64,000 bases of DNA from an uncultured Actinomycetota bacterium (GTDB lineage Bacteria > Actinomycetota > Actinomycetes > JACCUZ01), in NCBI GenBank assembly GCA_963762865.1, contig CAVXNC010000018.1, forward strand, positions 75,506-139,505, given 5' to 3'. Positions 19,853-32,188 of this stretch are shown here, piece by piece. The first letter of the stretch is position 1. Every line of letters starts with the position of its first letter. Below the pieces are notes generated by a model. It was not told the origin of the DNA. It saw only the letters and a list, made by a program, of their open reading frames with translations, and ran no database searches. The translations under genes and the position numbers were made by a program.

Positions 19853-21345
19853 CGGACACCTCCCGGGGAGGACGAGACCGTCTCGCCGTCGACCCGCTGC
19901 TCGGACTGCTCTGCCAGCAGCAGGCACAGCCCTGCGAGCTCGGCCACGTCGCGGCCGTCCAGGACGCCGACGACGGCGCTGCCGGTCTGCTTGGCCAGGG
20001 CGGCCGCGGCCGCCCGGTAGGACACGGCCGCGGCACCGTGCTGGCCGAGTCGCGCCAGGGCCCCGGCGAGCAGGAAGTGGGCATGCCCGGCGGTGGGGTC
20101 CAGGTAGACGGCCTTGCGCAGCGGGTCGACGGCACCGGCGTCCTGGCCGAGCGTCGACCGGGCCTGACCGAGCACCACGTAGGCGGCCGGCAGCAGCGGA
20201 TCGGTCTCGAGGGCCGCCTGCGCGTGGCTGGCCGCCGAGGCGTAGTCACCGTCCCGGAGCGCCACCAGCGCGGCGTCCAGCTCGGGGCCGCCGCGCGAGC
20301 CGGCGAGCGGCCGGGAGCGGGGCGGGGGCGCCGAGGACGCAGCGATGTCCCGCGGAGCAGTCGACGCGGAGTCGGCCACGCCTGCCCCGGCGGGGGGTCC
20401 CAGCCGGCCACCGGACAGCGCCAGGGCAGGCGCTGCGGGACGGCCGCGCCGCACCGCCCGGGAGCCCGGCACGTGCACTCGTCGCGTCTGGTGTGAGCGG
20501 CGGTAGACGAACGCCTCGCCGACCGGGACCAGGGTGAAGGCGTCGCTGACCTGCCACAGCGTCTCCGAGTGGCCCAGGAGCAGGTAGCCACCCTCGGCAA
20601 GCACGTCGTGGAAGCGGCCCATGAGCAGCCTGGTGGTGTCCCGGCCGAAGTAGATCGTGACGTTGCGGCAGACGACCAGGTCGACCTCTCCCGGCGCGAA
20701 GGGCACGGGGTCGGTCACCAAGTTGTGCATCCGCAGCTCGACCAGCTGGCGCACCTCGTCCCGAACCGCCAGCGCGCCGCCGGGCACCGGCTCGAGCCAG
20801 CGGTCACGCACCATCGTCGGCAGCGAGTCGACGGTCCGGCCGGCGTAGGTCGCCCGCTCCGCCGCACGCAGCGCGTCGGCGGACACGTCGGTGCCGAGGA
20901 TCCGCGCCGGCGCCCGGCCGGCGTTGCCACCGGCACCCCCGGGCGAGAGGTCCAGCAGCAGCATGGCAAGGGTGTAGGGCTCCTCGCCGGTCGAGCAGCC
21001 CGCGCTCCAGATCGTCAGCGGTCGCTCCCGGCCGGCGGCCCGGCGCAGCAGCTCCGGCAGCACCCGCCGGCGGAGCACCTCCATCTGCGGCGCGTTGCGG
21101 AAGAAGTGCGTCTCCTGCACGGTCACGGCGTCGAGCAGCCGCTGCCGCTCGACATCGCCATCGGCCCGCTCGAGGCCGGCCAGATAGGCCTCGACGCTCG
21201 ACGCGCCACTGGACCGGAGCCGCTCGGCCACGACGGCGGACAGGCCCCCGCGGCGCCCGGCGTCGAACTCCAGGCCGGCGGCGCCGCGCAGGTAGTCACG
21301 GACAGCGGCGAACTCGGCATCGCCCAGCACGCCCGGGCCACTCAT
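19849..21345 (-). CDS. cheR: Chemotaxis protein methyltransferase CheR fused to C-terminal TPR repeats.
   Basis: A CheR SAM-methyltransferase domain (RIWSAGCSTGEEPYTLAML...VCRNVTIYF) followed by a TPR-like Ala/Leu-rich C-terminus. The start ATG overlaps the cheB stop by 4 nt. Confidence 0.8.
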   Translation of the reverse strand: MSGPGVLGDAEFAAVRDYLRGAAGLEFDAGRRGGLSAVVAERLRSSGASSVEAYLAGLERADGDVERQRLLDAVTVQETHFFRNAPQMEVLRRRVLPELLRRAAGRERPLTIWSAGCSTGEEPYTLAMLLLDLSPGGAGGNAGRAPARILGTDVSADALRAAERATYAGRTVDSLPTMVRDRWLEPVPGGALAVRDEVRQLVELRMHNLVTDPVPFAPGEVDLVVCRNVTIYFGRDTTRLLMGRFHDVLAEGGYLLLGHSETLWQVSDAFTLVPVGEAFVYRRSHQTRRVHVPGSRAVRRGRPAAPALALSGGRLGPPAGAGVADSASTAPRDIAASSAPPPRSRPLAGSRGGPELDAALVALRDGDYASAASHAQAALETDPLLPAAYVVLGQARSTLGQDAGAVDPLRKAVYLDPTAGHAHFLLAGALARLGQHGAAAVSYRAAAAALAKQTGSAVVGVLDGRDVAELAGLCLLLAEQSEQRVDGETVSSSPGGVR

Positions 21346-22550
21346 GTCGCCACCCGCTCGGGCTCGACGGACTCGGCCAGCACGACGCCGATCTGCGACA
21401 GCGGCAGCTCGACCTCCACCGCGCCAAGTGCCTGGGCGGCAGCCGGCATGCCCCACACGACGCTGGTCGGCTCGTCCTGGGCGATGGTGAGGGCGCCGGA
21501 CGCGCGCAGCTGGCGCAGCCCCTCGGCGCCGTCGCGGCCCATCCCGGTCAGCAGGACGCCGACGGTCTGCGGTCCGCACACGGCGGCAGCGCTTGCGAAG
21601 GCCGCGTCGACGCCGGGCACGTGGAACTGCCCCACCGGCGGTGTTCGCAGCTCGACCCGCAGCCCGGGACGCAGCAACGTGTTCACCCCGGCGGGGGCGA
21701 CGTGCACGACGCCGGGACGGAGCCGACGGCCGTGCTGGGCCATCTCGACCGGAAGGGCGGACAGCCCGTTGAGCCAGTCGGCCAGGCCCTCGACGAAGCC
21801 GTCGGCCATGTGCTGCACGACGAGCACCGGCACCGACAGGTCCGACGGCAGGTCGGCGAGGATCGTCGCGAGCGCCGGCGGGCCACCGGTCGACGCGCCG
21901 ACCACGATCAGCCGGCGCGGCCCGGTGAAGACGTCGGCGGCCCGGGTCGCCGGCCGGTCCGCGACGCGGTGGTGCGCGGCTGCCGCGGCGGGATCGGCGG
22001 ACGCGGCGGGATCGGCGGACGCGGGGGGCAAAGGCGAGTGGCTGGCCACGGGCAGGACGGGCAGCGCGCCGGCGGCGTCCTCCGGCCCGGCCGAGAGGCC
22101 GCGGGCGCGCAGCCGGCTGCGTGGGTGGGTGATCACCCGCACCCGGCTGGCCACCTGGAGGTGCCGGCGCAGCGCAGTGGCGTACTGCGGGGAGCTGGGC
22201 AGGGCGTCGAGGGCACCGACCACGTCGACGGCACCGGCCGCCAGCGCCGCCTGGGAGTGCTCGACCAGGCTGCCGCACACCACGACCGGTGTCGGCCGGG
22301 TGCCCATGATCCGCTCGATCGCCTCGATGCCGCCGTCGGCGGGGTGCAGGTCGACCAGGACCGCGCCGGGCTGGTGCTCGACGACGGCCGCCTCCGCGTC
22401 CTCGGCGGTCCAGACCTCGGCCGCGATCGAGAACCCGGGACCGGCGAGCAGGCCGCGCAGGGCACGCGTGCGCGCCCGGCTGTCCCCCACGACCACGACG
22501 ACCAGGGTGGTGCCGCTGGGTGCCGCCGGCCGGGCTCCGGTCGTCGACAT
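21342..22550 (-). CDS. cheB: Protein-glutamate methylesterase/deamidase CheB (receiver + methylesterase domains).
   Basis: An N-terminal REC-like domain and a C-terminal CheB methylesterase fold (RLIVVGASTGGP...VVQHM...LLTGMGRDG). Confidence 0.8.
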   Translation of the reverse strand: MSTTGARPAAPSGTTLVVVVVGDSRARTRALRGLLAGPGFSIAAEVWTAEDAEAAVVEHQPGAVLVDLHPADGGIEAIERIMGTRPTPVVVCGSLVEHSQAALAAGAVDVVGALDALPSSPQYATALRRHLQVASRVRVITHPRSRLRARGLSAGPEDAAGALPVLPVASHSPLPPASADPAASADPAAAAAHHRVADRPATRAADVFTGPRRLIVVGASTGGPPALATILADLPSDLSVPVLVVQHMADGFVEGLADWLNGLSALPVEMAQHGRRLRPGVVHVAPAGVNTLLRPGLRVELRTPPVGQFHVPGVDAAFASAAAVCGPQTVGVLLTGMGRDGAEGLRQLRASGALTIAQDEPTSVVWGMPAAAQALGAVEVELPLSQIGVVLAESVEPERVAT

Positions 22551-22663
22551 CAGGCGGGCCACCTCTTCCGGGTCTCGGGGCGGGAAACGCCTCGTGCGGA
22601 AGGTCGTCAGATCGGGCCACGCACTTGAGCCGCGCGGCCCCACGGGTGAGGATCGCCACCGAC

Positions 22664-23566
22664 ATGACCGCCGCCGCGCAGAGCCCCCCGACGCCGCCCG
22701 CTGGCGAGCTGCACGGGCCGGTCCTGGGCTGGTACGCCGCCCACGCCCGCACCCTGCCCTGGCGGGTCCCCGGGACCAGCCCGTGGGCGGTCCTGGTCAG
22801 CGAGGTGATGCTCCAGCAGACCCCCGTCGGGCGGGTCGAGCCGGTCTACCGGGAGTGGCTGGCGCGCTGGCCCACCCCGGCCGCGCTCGCCGCCGACCCG
22901 GCCGGCGAGGCCGTGCGGGCCTGGGGCCGCCTCGGCTACCCCCGGCGTGCCCTGCGGCTGCACGCCGCCGCGACCGAGATCGTGGCCCGCCACGACGGCG
23001 AGCTGCCGACGACGTACGGCGAACTGCTCGCTCTCCCGGGCGTCGGCGGCTACACCGCGGCCGCGGTGATGTCCTTCGCCTACGGCAGCCGGCACGCGGT
23101 GCTCGACACCAACGTGCGCCGGGTGCTCGCCAGGGCAGTCAGCGGCCGGGCCGAGCCGGCACCCTCGCTGACGGCTGCCGAGCAGCGGCTGGCCGAGTCG
23201 CTGCTGCCGGCCGAGCCGTCCGTCGCCGCCCGCTGGGCGGTCGCCGTGATGGAGCTCGGCGCCCTGGTGTGCACCGCGCGGGCGCCGGCGTGCGACCGCT
23301 GCCCGCTCGCCGCGCGGTGCGCGTGGCTGGCGGCCGGACGCCCGGCCCACGACGGGCCGCCACGGCGACGGCAGGCCTTCGAGGGCACCGACCGCCAGGC
23401 GCGCGGCCGGCTGATGGCCGTGCTGCGCGAGGCACCCGGGCCGGTCCCACCGACCCGCCTCGACGCAGCCTGGCCGGAGCCGGTGCAACGGGACCGCGCG
23501 CTGGCCGGTCTGCTCGCCGACGGGCTGGTCGACGAGGTGGCCGGCGGCTACGCGCTGCCCGGCTGA
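22664..23566 (+). CDS. mutY: A/G-specific adenine DNA glycosylase MutY.
   Basis: HhH-GPD (LPGVGGYTAAAV) and 4Fe-4S cluster cysteines (C..C..C..C), as in the MutY/Nth family. Confidence 0.85.
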   Translation: MTAAAQSPPTPPAGELHGPVLGWYAAHARTLPWRVPGTSPWAVLVSEVMLQQTPVGRVEPVYREWLARWPTPAALAADPAGEAVRAWGRLGYPRRALRLHAAATEIVARHDGELPTTYGELLALPGVGGYTAAAVMSFAYGSRHAVLDTNVRRVLARAVSGRAEPAPSLTAAEQRLAESLLPAEPSVAARWAVAVMELGALVCTARAPACDRCPLAARCAWLAAGRPAHDGPPRRRQAFEGTDRQARGRLMAVLREAPGPVPPTRLDAAWPEPVQRDRALAGLLADGLVDEVAGGYALPG

Positions 23567-23631
23567 GCGACGGTCCCGCGTACGTGATGGCCTCGCGGGA
23601 CTCCACCGCGGGCGCGTAGGCTCCCGCGACT

Positions 23632-24441
23632 GTGCCCACCGCCGCGCTCGCCCCTGCCGCGGCCCTGGCGGGGGCGGGCTTCCGCCGCTGGTCGACCTAC
23701 CGGCAGGCCGCGGTGGCCGGGGTGTTCGTCAACACGGTCTTCGGCGTCATCAGGCTCTCGATCCTGCTGGGCGTCGCCGAGTCCGCGGGCGGCGAGGTGG
23801 CGGGCTACGACGCGGCGTCGCTGTCGACCTACACCTGGGTCGCCCAGGCGATGATCGCGGTGGTGATGATCTTCACCTGGACCGAGCTGGCCGACCGGGT
23901 GCGCACGGGTGACGTCGCCGTCGACCTGGCCCGGCCGGTCGACCTGCAGCTCGCCTGGCTGGCCCAGGACCTGGGCCGCGCCGGGTGGGCGCTGATATCG
24001 CGCGGCATCCTGCCGATCGCCTTCGGGGCGGCCGTCTACGGCATCTACGTCTCCGGTGACGTCACCGCGCTCCTGCTCTTCCCGGTGTCCATGCTGCTGG
24101 CCGTCGTGGTCTCCTTCGCCTGCCGGTTCATCCTCAACCTCAGCGCCTTCTGGCTGATGGAGATCCGCGGCCTGGTGTTGCTCTACGTTCTCGTGTCCGG
24201 CCTGCTGGCCGGCCACCTGATCCCGGTGCAGCTGTTCCCCGACTGGCTGCGCCACATCGCCTACGCGACCCCCTTCCCGGCCCTCGTGCAGACCCCGATC
24301 GACCTGGTCACCGGGCAGGCCACCGGCGCCCGCGCCGTCGGCCTCGTCGGCGCGCAGGTGGCCTGGGCAGTGGTGATGCTGCTCGTCGGCCGCGTCGTCC
24401 TCGCCCGGGCGACCCGCAAGCTGGTGGTGCAGGGTGGCTGA
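23632..24441 (+). CDS. ABC-2 family transporter permease.
   Basis: Hydrophobic 6-TM-like ORF with a GTG start. First gene of a permease-permease-ATPase operon. Confidence 0.75.
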   Translation: MPTAALAPAAALAGAGFRRWSTYRQAAVAGVFVNTVFGVIRLSILLGVAESAGGEVAGYDAASLSTYTWVAQAMIAVVMIFTWTELADRVRTGDVAVDLARPVDLQLAWLAQDLGRAGWALISRGILPIAFGAAVYGIYVSGDVTALLLFPVSMLLAVVVSFACRFILNLSAFWLMEIRGLVLLYVLVSGLLAGHLIPVQLFPDWLRHIAYATPFPALVQTPIDLVTGQATGARAVGLVGAQVAWAVVMLLVGRVVLARATRKLVVQGG

Positions 24442-25243
24442 CACGACCGTCCCGGCCGCCTACCGGTCCCTCGTTCGCTCCCGGGTGGCCGCGCAGGCGT
24501 CCTACCGCACCTCCTTCTCCGTCGAGGTGCTGTCGCAGGTCTTCATCGTCCTGGTGGAGTTCGTCGAGGTGCTCGTCGTCTTCCACCAGGTCGACTCGCT
24601 GGGCGGCTTCGACTTCGCCGAGGTCGCCCTGATGTACGGCATCGCGGTGTCGGCCTTCGGAATCGCCGACCTCGTCGTCGGCCACCTCGACGAGCTGCCG
24701 AGATACGTCCGCACCGGCACCTTCGACGCCTTCCTCCTGCGGCCGCTGTCGCCCCTCGGCCAGCTGGTCACCAGCGACTTCTCGCTGCGCCGCCTCGGCC
24801 GGGTCGGGACCGGGATCGCCGTTCTCGTGGTCGCCCTCGCGGCGGCCGACATCGAGTGGACGCCGGCGCGCGCACTGCTCGTCGTCATCACCCCGCTCGC
24901 CGGTGCCGTCATCTTCAGCGCCGTGTTCCTGGCTACTTCAACGATCGGCTTCTACGTCGTCGAGGGCACGGAGTTCGCCAGCGCCTTCACCTACGGCGGC
25001 AACTACCTGTCGTCCTTCCCCTTCACGGTCTTCGGCACCGTCGTGCGGCGGTTCTTCACCTTCGCGGTCCCCGTCGCCTTCGTGGCCTACCTGCCGGCGC
25101 TCGCGCTCCTCGGACGGCCCGACCCGCTCGGCCTGCCGGGCTGGTTGTCGTGGTCGGCGGCCCCAGTGGCGGCGGTCGCGTGGGTCGCCGCCCTCGCGTT
25201 CTGGCGCACCGGTGTCCGGCACTACGTGGGGGCGGGCTCGTGA
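24434..25243 (+). CDS. ABC-2 family transporter permease (second subunit).
   Basis: Hydrophobic ORF with a GTG start, overlapping the previous stop. Confidence 0.75.
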   Translation: MADTTVPAAYRSLVRSRVAAQASYRTSFSVEVLSQVFIVLVEFVEVLVVFHQVDSLGGFDFAEVALMYGIAVSAFGIADLVVGHLDELPRYVRTGTFDAFLLRPLSPLGQLVTSDFSLRRLGRVGTGIAVLVVALAAADIEWTPARALLVVITPLAGAVIFSAVFLATSTIGFYVVEGTEFASAFTYGGNYLSSFPFTVFGTVVRRFFTFAVPVAFVAYLPALALLGRPDPLGLPGWLSWSAAPVAAVAWVAALAFWRTGVRHYVGAGS

Positions 25244-26202
25244 TCGTCGACGTGCAGGACCTTCGTCGGGACTTCGTCGTACGCCGCAAGGCCGGCCGGG
25301 TCCGGCGCAGCCGGCACACGGTGTCGGCCGTCGACGGCGTGACGTTCGGCATCCAGCCGGGCGAGTGCGTCGGCTACATCGGCGCCAACGGCGCCGGCAA
25401 GTCGACCACCATCAAGATGCTCACCGGCATCCTGGTCCCGACCGCCGGGCACGTCCGGGTCTGCGGGCTCGAGCCGACCCGGGAGCGGGCCAGGCTGGCG
25501 CACCGGATCGGTGCGGTCTTCGGCCAGCGCAGCCAGCTGTGGTGGGACCTGCCGCTCCAGGAGTCCTTCCGGCTGCTCGGCTCCATCCACCGGTTGCCGG
25601 CCGCCGCATGGCGGCCTCGTTTCGAGGAGTGCGTCGAGCTCCTCGACATGGATCCGTTCCTGGAGACGCCGGTGCGCCAGCTCTCCCTCGGCCAGCGGAT
25701 GCGGGGCGAGGTGACGGCTGCCCTGCTGCACTCCCCCGACCTGCTCGTGCTCGACGAACCGACCATCGGGCTCGACCTGCTCAGCAAGGAGGCGCTGCGC
25801 GCCTTCTTGATCCGGGAACGCCGGGAGCGCGGCACCACCATCCTGCTGACCACCCACGACCTGCCCGACATCGAGCGTCTCTGCGACCGGCTGCTGGTCG
25901 TCGACCACGGCCACCTGGTCTTCGACGGCTCCCTGCCCACGCTCGTCAGCCGAGTGGGTGCCGAGCGGGTCCTCGTGGTCGACCTGGTCGAGCCCGGCCC
26001 GCCGCTCGACGACGTGCCGGGCACGGTGCTGCGGTCGGTCGAAGCAGAGGGGCTGCGCCAGCACCTGGCCTTCCGACCGGACCGAACGACCGCTGCCGAG
26101 GTGGTCGCCGCGGTCAGCGCGCGCGTGCCGCTGCGCGACCTGACCGTGACGGAGCCCGACATCGAGGACGTCGTCCGCCGGATCTACCAGTCCACGACCT
26201 GA
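25240..26202 (+). CDS. ABC transporter ATP-binding protein.
   Basis: Walker A (GANGAGKST), LSLGQ signature and Walker B (LLVLDEP). The GTG start overlaps the permease stop (GTGA). Confidence 0.85.
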   Translation: MIVDVQDLRRDFVVRRKAGRVRRSRHTVSAVDGVTFGIQPGECVGYIGANGAGKSTTIKMLTGILVPTAGHVRVCGLEPTRERARLAHRIGAVFGQRSQLWWDLPLQESFRLLGSIHRLPAAAWRPRFEECVELLDMDPFLETPVRQLSLGQRMRGEVTAALLHSPDLLVLDEPTIGLDLLSKEALRAFLIRERRERGTTILLTTHDLPDIERLCDRLLVVDHGHLVFDGSLPTLVSRVGAERVLVVDLVEPGPPLDDVPGTVLRSVEAEGLRQHLAFRPDRTTAAEVVAAVSARVPLRDLTVTEPDIEDVVRRIYQSTT

Positions 26203-26207
26203 CGCCC

Positions 26208-27876
26208 TCAGTCCTCCACCGGGTGGTACCTCTCCAGCTGGTCGTCGACCCTCGTGCTCGCCTGCCCGGCGCTGGCCCGGTAGCCGGTCACGACCGGGAG
26301 GAAGGCCTCGCGCGCGAGGGACTGCAGCCGGAGGTCGGTCCTGGCGCGGACGGTCGCGGTGCGTGGCACGTCGCGGAGCAGCGCGATCTCACCGAAGAGG
26401 TCGCCCCTGCCCAGGGTGGCGATGACCCGGCCGTCCCCCAGGACCTCCGCCTCGCCCTGCTCGACGACGAAGCAGTGCGACCCGCCCTCGCCCTGCCGGA
26501 ACACCGTCGCCCCGGCCGGCAGCTCGACCGGCACGAGCGCGATCGCCAGCTCCTCGACGGCCGGCAGCGGCAGCGCGGCGAGCATCTCGACCGAGCGAAG
26601 CAGCTCGACCTCCTGGTCCCGCACCCCCATCGACAGGTCCAGCCGGCGCAGGCTCATCCAGGTCGCCACCACCAGCGCCGGGCTGACCAGCCCGATCACG
26701 ACGAGGGCACCCCGGAGCCCCACCAGCGCGATGACGACCGGTGTCAGGGCCGCCCCGGCCCCCAGGAAGAGGGCGCCGACGCCTTCCATGGCGCCGAAGA
26801 CGCGGCGCAGCCATGCCAGTAGGGGTGAGCCGGGCCACCAGCGTGAAGAGCCCGACGTCGACCAGCGCGTTGCCGACCCCGATGAGGAGCAGGAGGGCGA
26901 TGGCCACCGCCTGCACCGGGATCAACCCCACCAGAGCCATGGGCAGCCCCCACAGGGCCACGCCGACGCCGAACCAGCGGGCCAGCCGCTGGTTGCCGAC
27001 GAGCAGCGAGGCCCCCAGCGACCCGACGACCGCGCCGGCGCCGACGGCGGTGTTGAGGGCGCCGACCCCGGACTCGCCCATGTCGAGCAGGTCGATCGCG
27101 ACCACGACGGAGAACACCGCCAGGGCACCGCGCATCAGGATCTGCACCTGGGCGAGCAGCACCAGCACCGCGAGATGACGGCTCCCGCCGATCGTCCGCA
27201 GCCCGGCGACCAGGTCCGCGACGACGCTGGTCGCAGCCGCACCCGACCGCCGGGTCTGCTCCTCGGGTGCGACCCGGGCCATCAGCCCGGCCGACCAGAG
27301 GGAGGCCGCCGCACACGCCACGAAGACGGCTGCCGGGCCGCTGGTGGCGAGCAGGAGAGCTGCCAGGGCGGGGCCCAGCAGGGTCGACAGCGAGTCGATC
27401 ATGCCGCGGACGACGTTGGCTCCGGCCAGCTCCGAGGGCGTACGGCACAGCGAGGGCATCAGCGCCGAGTGCACCGGCCGGAAGACGACGGCCGCAGCCG
27501 TCGACACGACCGCGAGGGCATAGACCCAGACGACAGGTGCGTCCGCGGCGGCGAGCAGCGCGATCAGTCCCGCGGAGATCCCGCGGACCGCCGCGACCCA
27601 GGCGAGGAGGACCTCCCGGCGCCACCTGTCCGCGTAGACCGTCGCGAGGGGCACCACGACGAGCGCGGGCAGCATCCGCAGCAGCGAGACCAGGCCGACC
27701 GCCGTCGCGCCGCCGTGGTCGTAGGCCAGGACGCCCAGCGCGACGGTGAAGGCCCATTCCGCGGTCCACGCGCCCGCGAAGCCCAGCTGCGCCCGGCGCA
27801 GGTTGGGGTTGGCCCAGGTCGCGGCGAATGCACCGCCTGCTGCCCGCACGCGCCCGCGGAGCCCGGTGCCGGCCAC
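26208..27876 (-). CDS. MFS transporter fused to a C-terminal cyclic nucleotide-binding (cNMP) domain, with an apparent frameshift near 26790-26870.
   Basis: An MFS N-terminal half occupies the frame of ORF 27876... The last TM helices plus the cNMP-binding domain (FGEIALL..RTATVRA) occupy ORF 26789..26208, in another frame. Confidence 0.65.
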
Positions 27877-27998
27877 CGCCGCACCGTACTGCCGGAGGGG
27901 GGTACCGCGCCGGGTGACGGCGAAGGGCCCGCCCGGATCTCTCCGGGCGGGCCCGTCTGCGGTCGTACGACCGACCGGCTGGTGTGGCCGGCGACCGG

Positions 27999-30500
<2,502 letters not shown>

Positions 30501-30680
30501 TTTCTGCGCTCCTCACGAGAGCGGTCGGGCAGGTGGTGCGACCGACCCCTGTCGAGGGCCGGTCACCTGTCCCTTCGCATGCTAGACCTGCACGCTTACC
30601 GATCTGTTGGTAGTTCCGTAGCTGTGGCTCTGTCGTTCCCGTTGCGTAGTACTCGGCTGCAACTCCCCGGGACCTGACGG

Positions 30681-31376
30681 ATGTTCCGTGAGCGGTCCGT
30701 GCCCGCTACGCCGCCAGCGAACGCCTCCCAGGGCCGGACGTCACCCGCGTGGGTGCATGATCGGTTCGTGCCCGAGATGCCGCCGGCGGACGTACGCCGC
30801 CTGGAGCCCGCAGAGCGCGACGCCGCGCTGACCAGCACCGTCGCGGCCTTTGCGACCGATCCCCTCCTCCGGTGGGTGTGGCCTTCGGACGACCGCTACG
30901 CGGCCTGCGCGCCGGGCTTCTTCGGACTGCTGCTGGACCTGCGGCGGGCAGGCGGCGAGGTCTGGGCCGCCCACGGGGGTGCAGCGGTCGCCATGTGGGA
31001 CCCGCCCGGCGGCCTGTACGCCCGCCCGGAGCCGGACCCCTGGCCGGCGCTCCAGGAGGCTTTCACCCAGCAGGAGCGGGACCGCTGGGCGGTCTACGAC
31101 CAGCGGGTGGGCGATCGCGCGACCGCGCCGCACTGGTACCTCGGGGTGCTCGCCACCGACCCGGCCCGGCGGGGCCGGGGGCTGGCCGCGGCCGTGGTGG
31201 CGCCGGTGCTCGCGGCCTGCGACCGCACCGGGGTCGAGGCCTGGCTGGAGACGGCCGCCGCTGCGAACGTCGCCTACTACCGCCGGTTCGGCTTCGAGGT
31301 AGCGCGCGAGGTCGACCTCCCCGACGGCGGGCCGCAGTGCTGGCTGCTCCGCCGCGAGCCCCGGTCGGTGGCCTGA
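30681..31376 (+). CDS. GNAT family N-acetyltransferase.
   Basis: An acetyl-CoA motif (RRGRGLAAAVV), a GNAT fold and C-terminal YYRRFGFE. The start is uncertain (30681-30780). Confidence 0.7.
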   Translation: MFRERSVPATPPANASQGRTSPAWVHDRFVPEMPPADVRRLEPAERDAALTSTVAAFATDPLLRWVWPSDDRYAACAPGFFGLLLDLRRAGGEVWAAHGGAAVAMWDPPGGLYARPEPDPWPALQEAFTQQERDRWAVYDQRVGDRATAPHWYLGVLATDPARRGRGLAAAVVAPVLAACDRTGVEAWLETAAAANVAYYRRFGFEVAREVDLPDGGPQCWLLRREPRSVA

Positions 31377-32068
31377 TGGCCGGGGAGGTGGGCGCCGGCG
31401 CGGTGGGTGCCCGTGAGGTTCTCGTGGTGGTGGCCGCCGGGCCGGGACTAGGACGCTCTGTCGCCCTGCGCTTCGCCCGCGAGGGCGCCGCCGTGGGGCT
31501 GGTGGCCCGCTCCACGGACTCCGCCACCGCGCTCGCCGACGAGCTGGCAGCCGCGGGCGCCGCGGCGGTCGCCACGGCTGCAGCAGACGTGGGCGATGAA
31601 CAGGCGCTGCGGGCCGCGCTGGGCGACCTGGCGCGCGAGCTCGGGCCGGCCACGGCACTGGTCTACAACGGCTCCGCCTACGTCCAGGGCTCCGGACTGA
31701 CGCTCGCCCCGGCGGACCTGCGCCTGGCCGTCGACGTCGGCGTGACCGGGGCGATGGTCGCCGCGCAGGAGGTAGCGCCCGCGATGCGAGCGGCAGGCCG
31801 TGGCACCGTGCTGCTCACCGGCAGCGTCGCCGCCGACCGCGCATCGACCAGCGCCACCGCGGTCGGGGTCGCCAAGGCGGCCCTGCGAAACCTCGCGCTG
31901 TCGCTGCACAAGGAGCTCGAGCCCGACGGCGTACGGGCAACGACGGTCACCATCGACGGCGTCCTGCAGGGACCGAAGGCCCTCGACCTCGACGAGATCG
32001 CCGACCTCTACTGGCGGCTGCACACCCAGCCGGACGCGCCGCCCGCCGTCGTCGTGCACCCCGGCTGA
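31376..32068 (+). CDS. SDR family oxidoreductase.
   Basis: A Rossmann N-terminus (VVVAAGPGLGRSVA) and an SDR-like sequence. The ATG overlaps the GNAT stop by 1 nt (TGATG). Confidence 0.75.
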   Translation: MAGEVGAGAVGAREVLVVVAAGPGLGRSVALRFAREGAAVGLVARSTDSATALADELAAAGAAAVATAAADVGDEQALRAALGDLARELGPATALVYNGSAYVQGSGLTLAPADLRLAVDVGVTGAMVAAQEVAPAMRAAGRGTVLLTGSVAADRASTSATAVGVAKAALRNLALSLHKELEPDGVRATTVTIDGVLQGPKALDLDEIADLYWRLHTQPDAPPAVVVHPG

Positions 32069-32188
32069 CCGCGGCCGGGCAGCCGGGCGACACCGTCCGA
32101 GCGAACCCGCGAGCCGCCAGGGCCGTCGTCCTTCTGTCGGACGTAGTCCTCGCGAGATGAGCGGGGCCCGACACAGGGGCAGGGGGAA

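Noticed and set aside
19398-20600. A 400-aa minus-strand ORF overlapping cheW/cheR.
   Set aside because: It is an alternative frame of the cheR region with Arg/Pro/Ala-rich junk. The CheR frame has clear methyltransferase motifs.
20569-23619. A 1016-aa plus-strand ORF spanning the che region and mutY.
   Set aside because: It is antisense to cheR/cheB and out of frame with mutY. Its composition is wrong-frame (R/G/P/A-rich) and it has no domain signatures.
30501-30680. The long clpC1 5' leader as a novel regulatory RNA.
   Set aside because: Long leaders upstream of clpC are normal in actinobacteria (ClgR-controlled). Nothing distinctive is visible beyond an expected promoter region.
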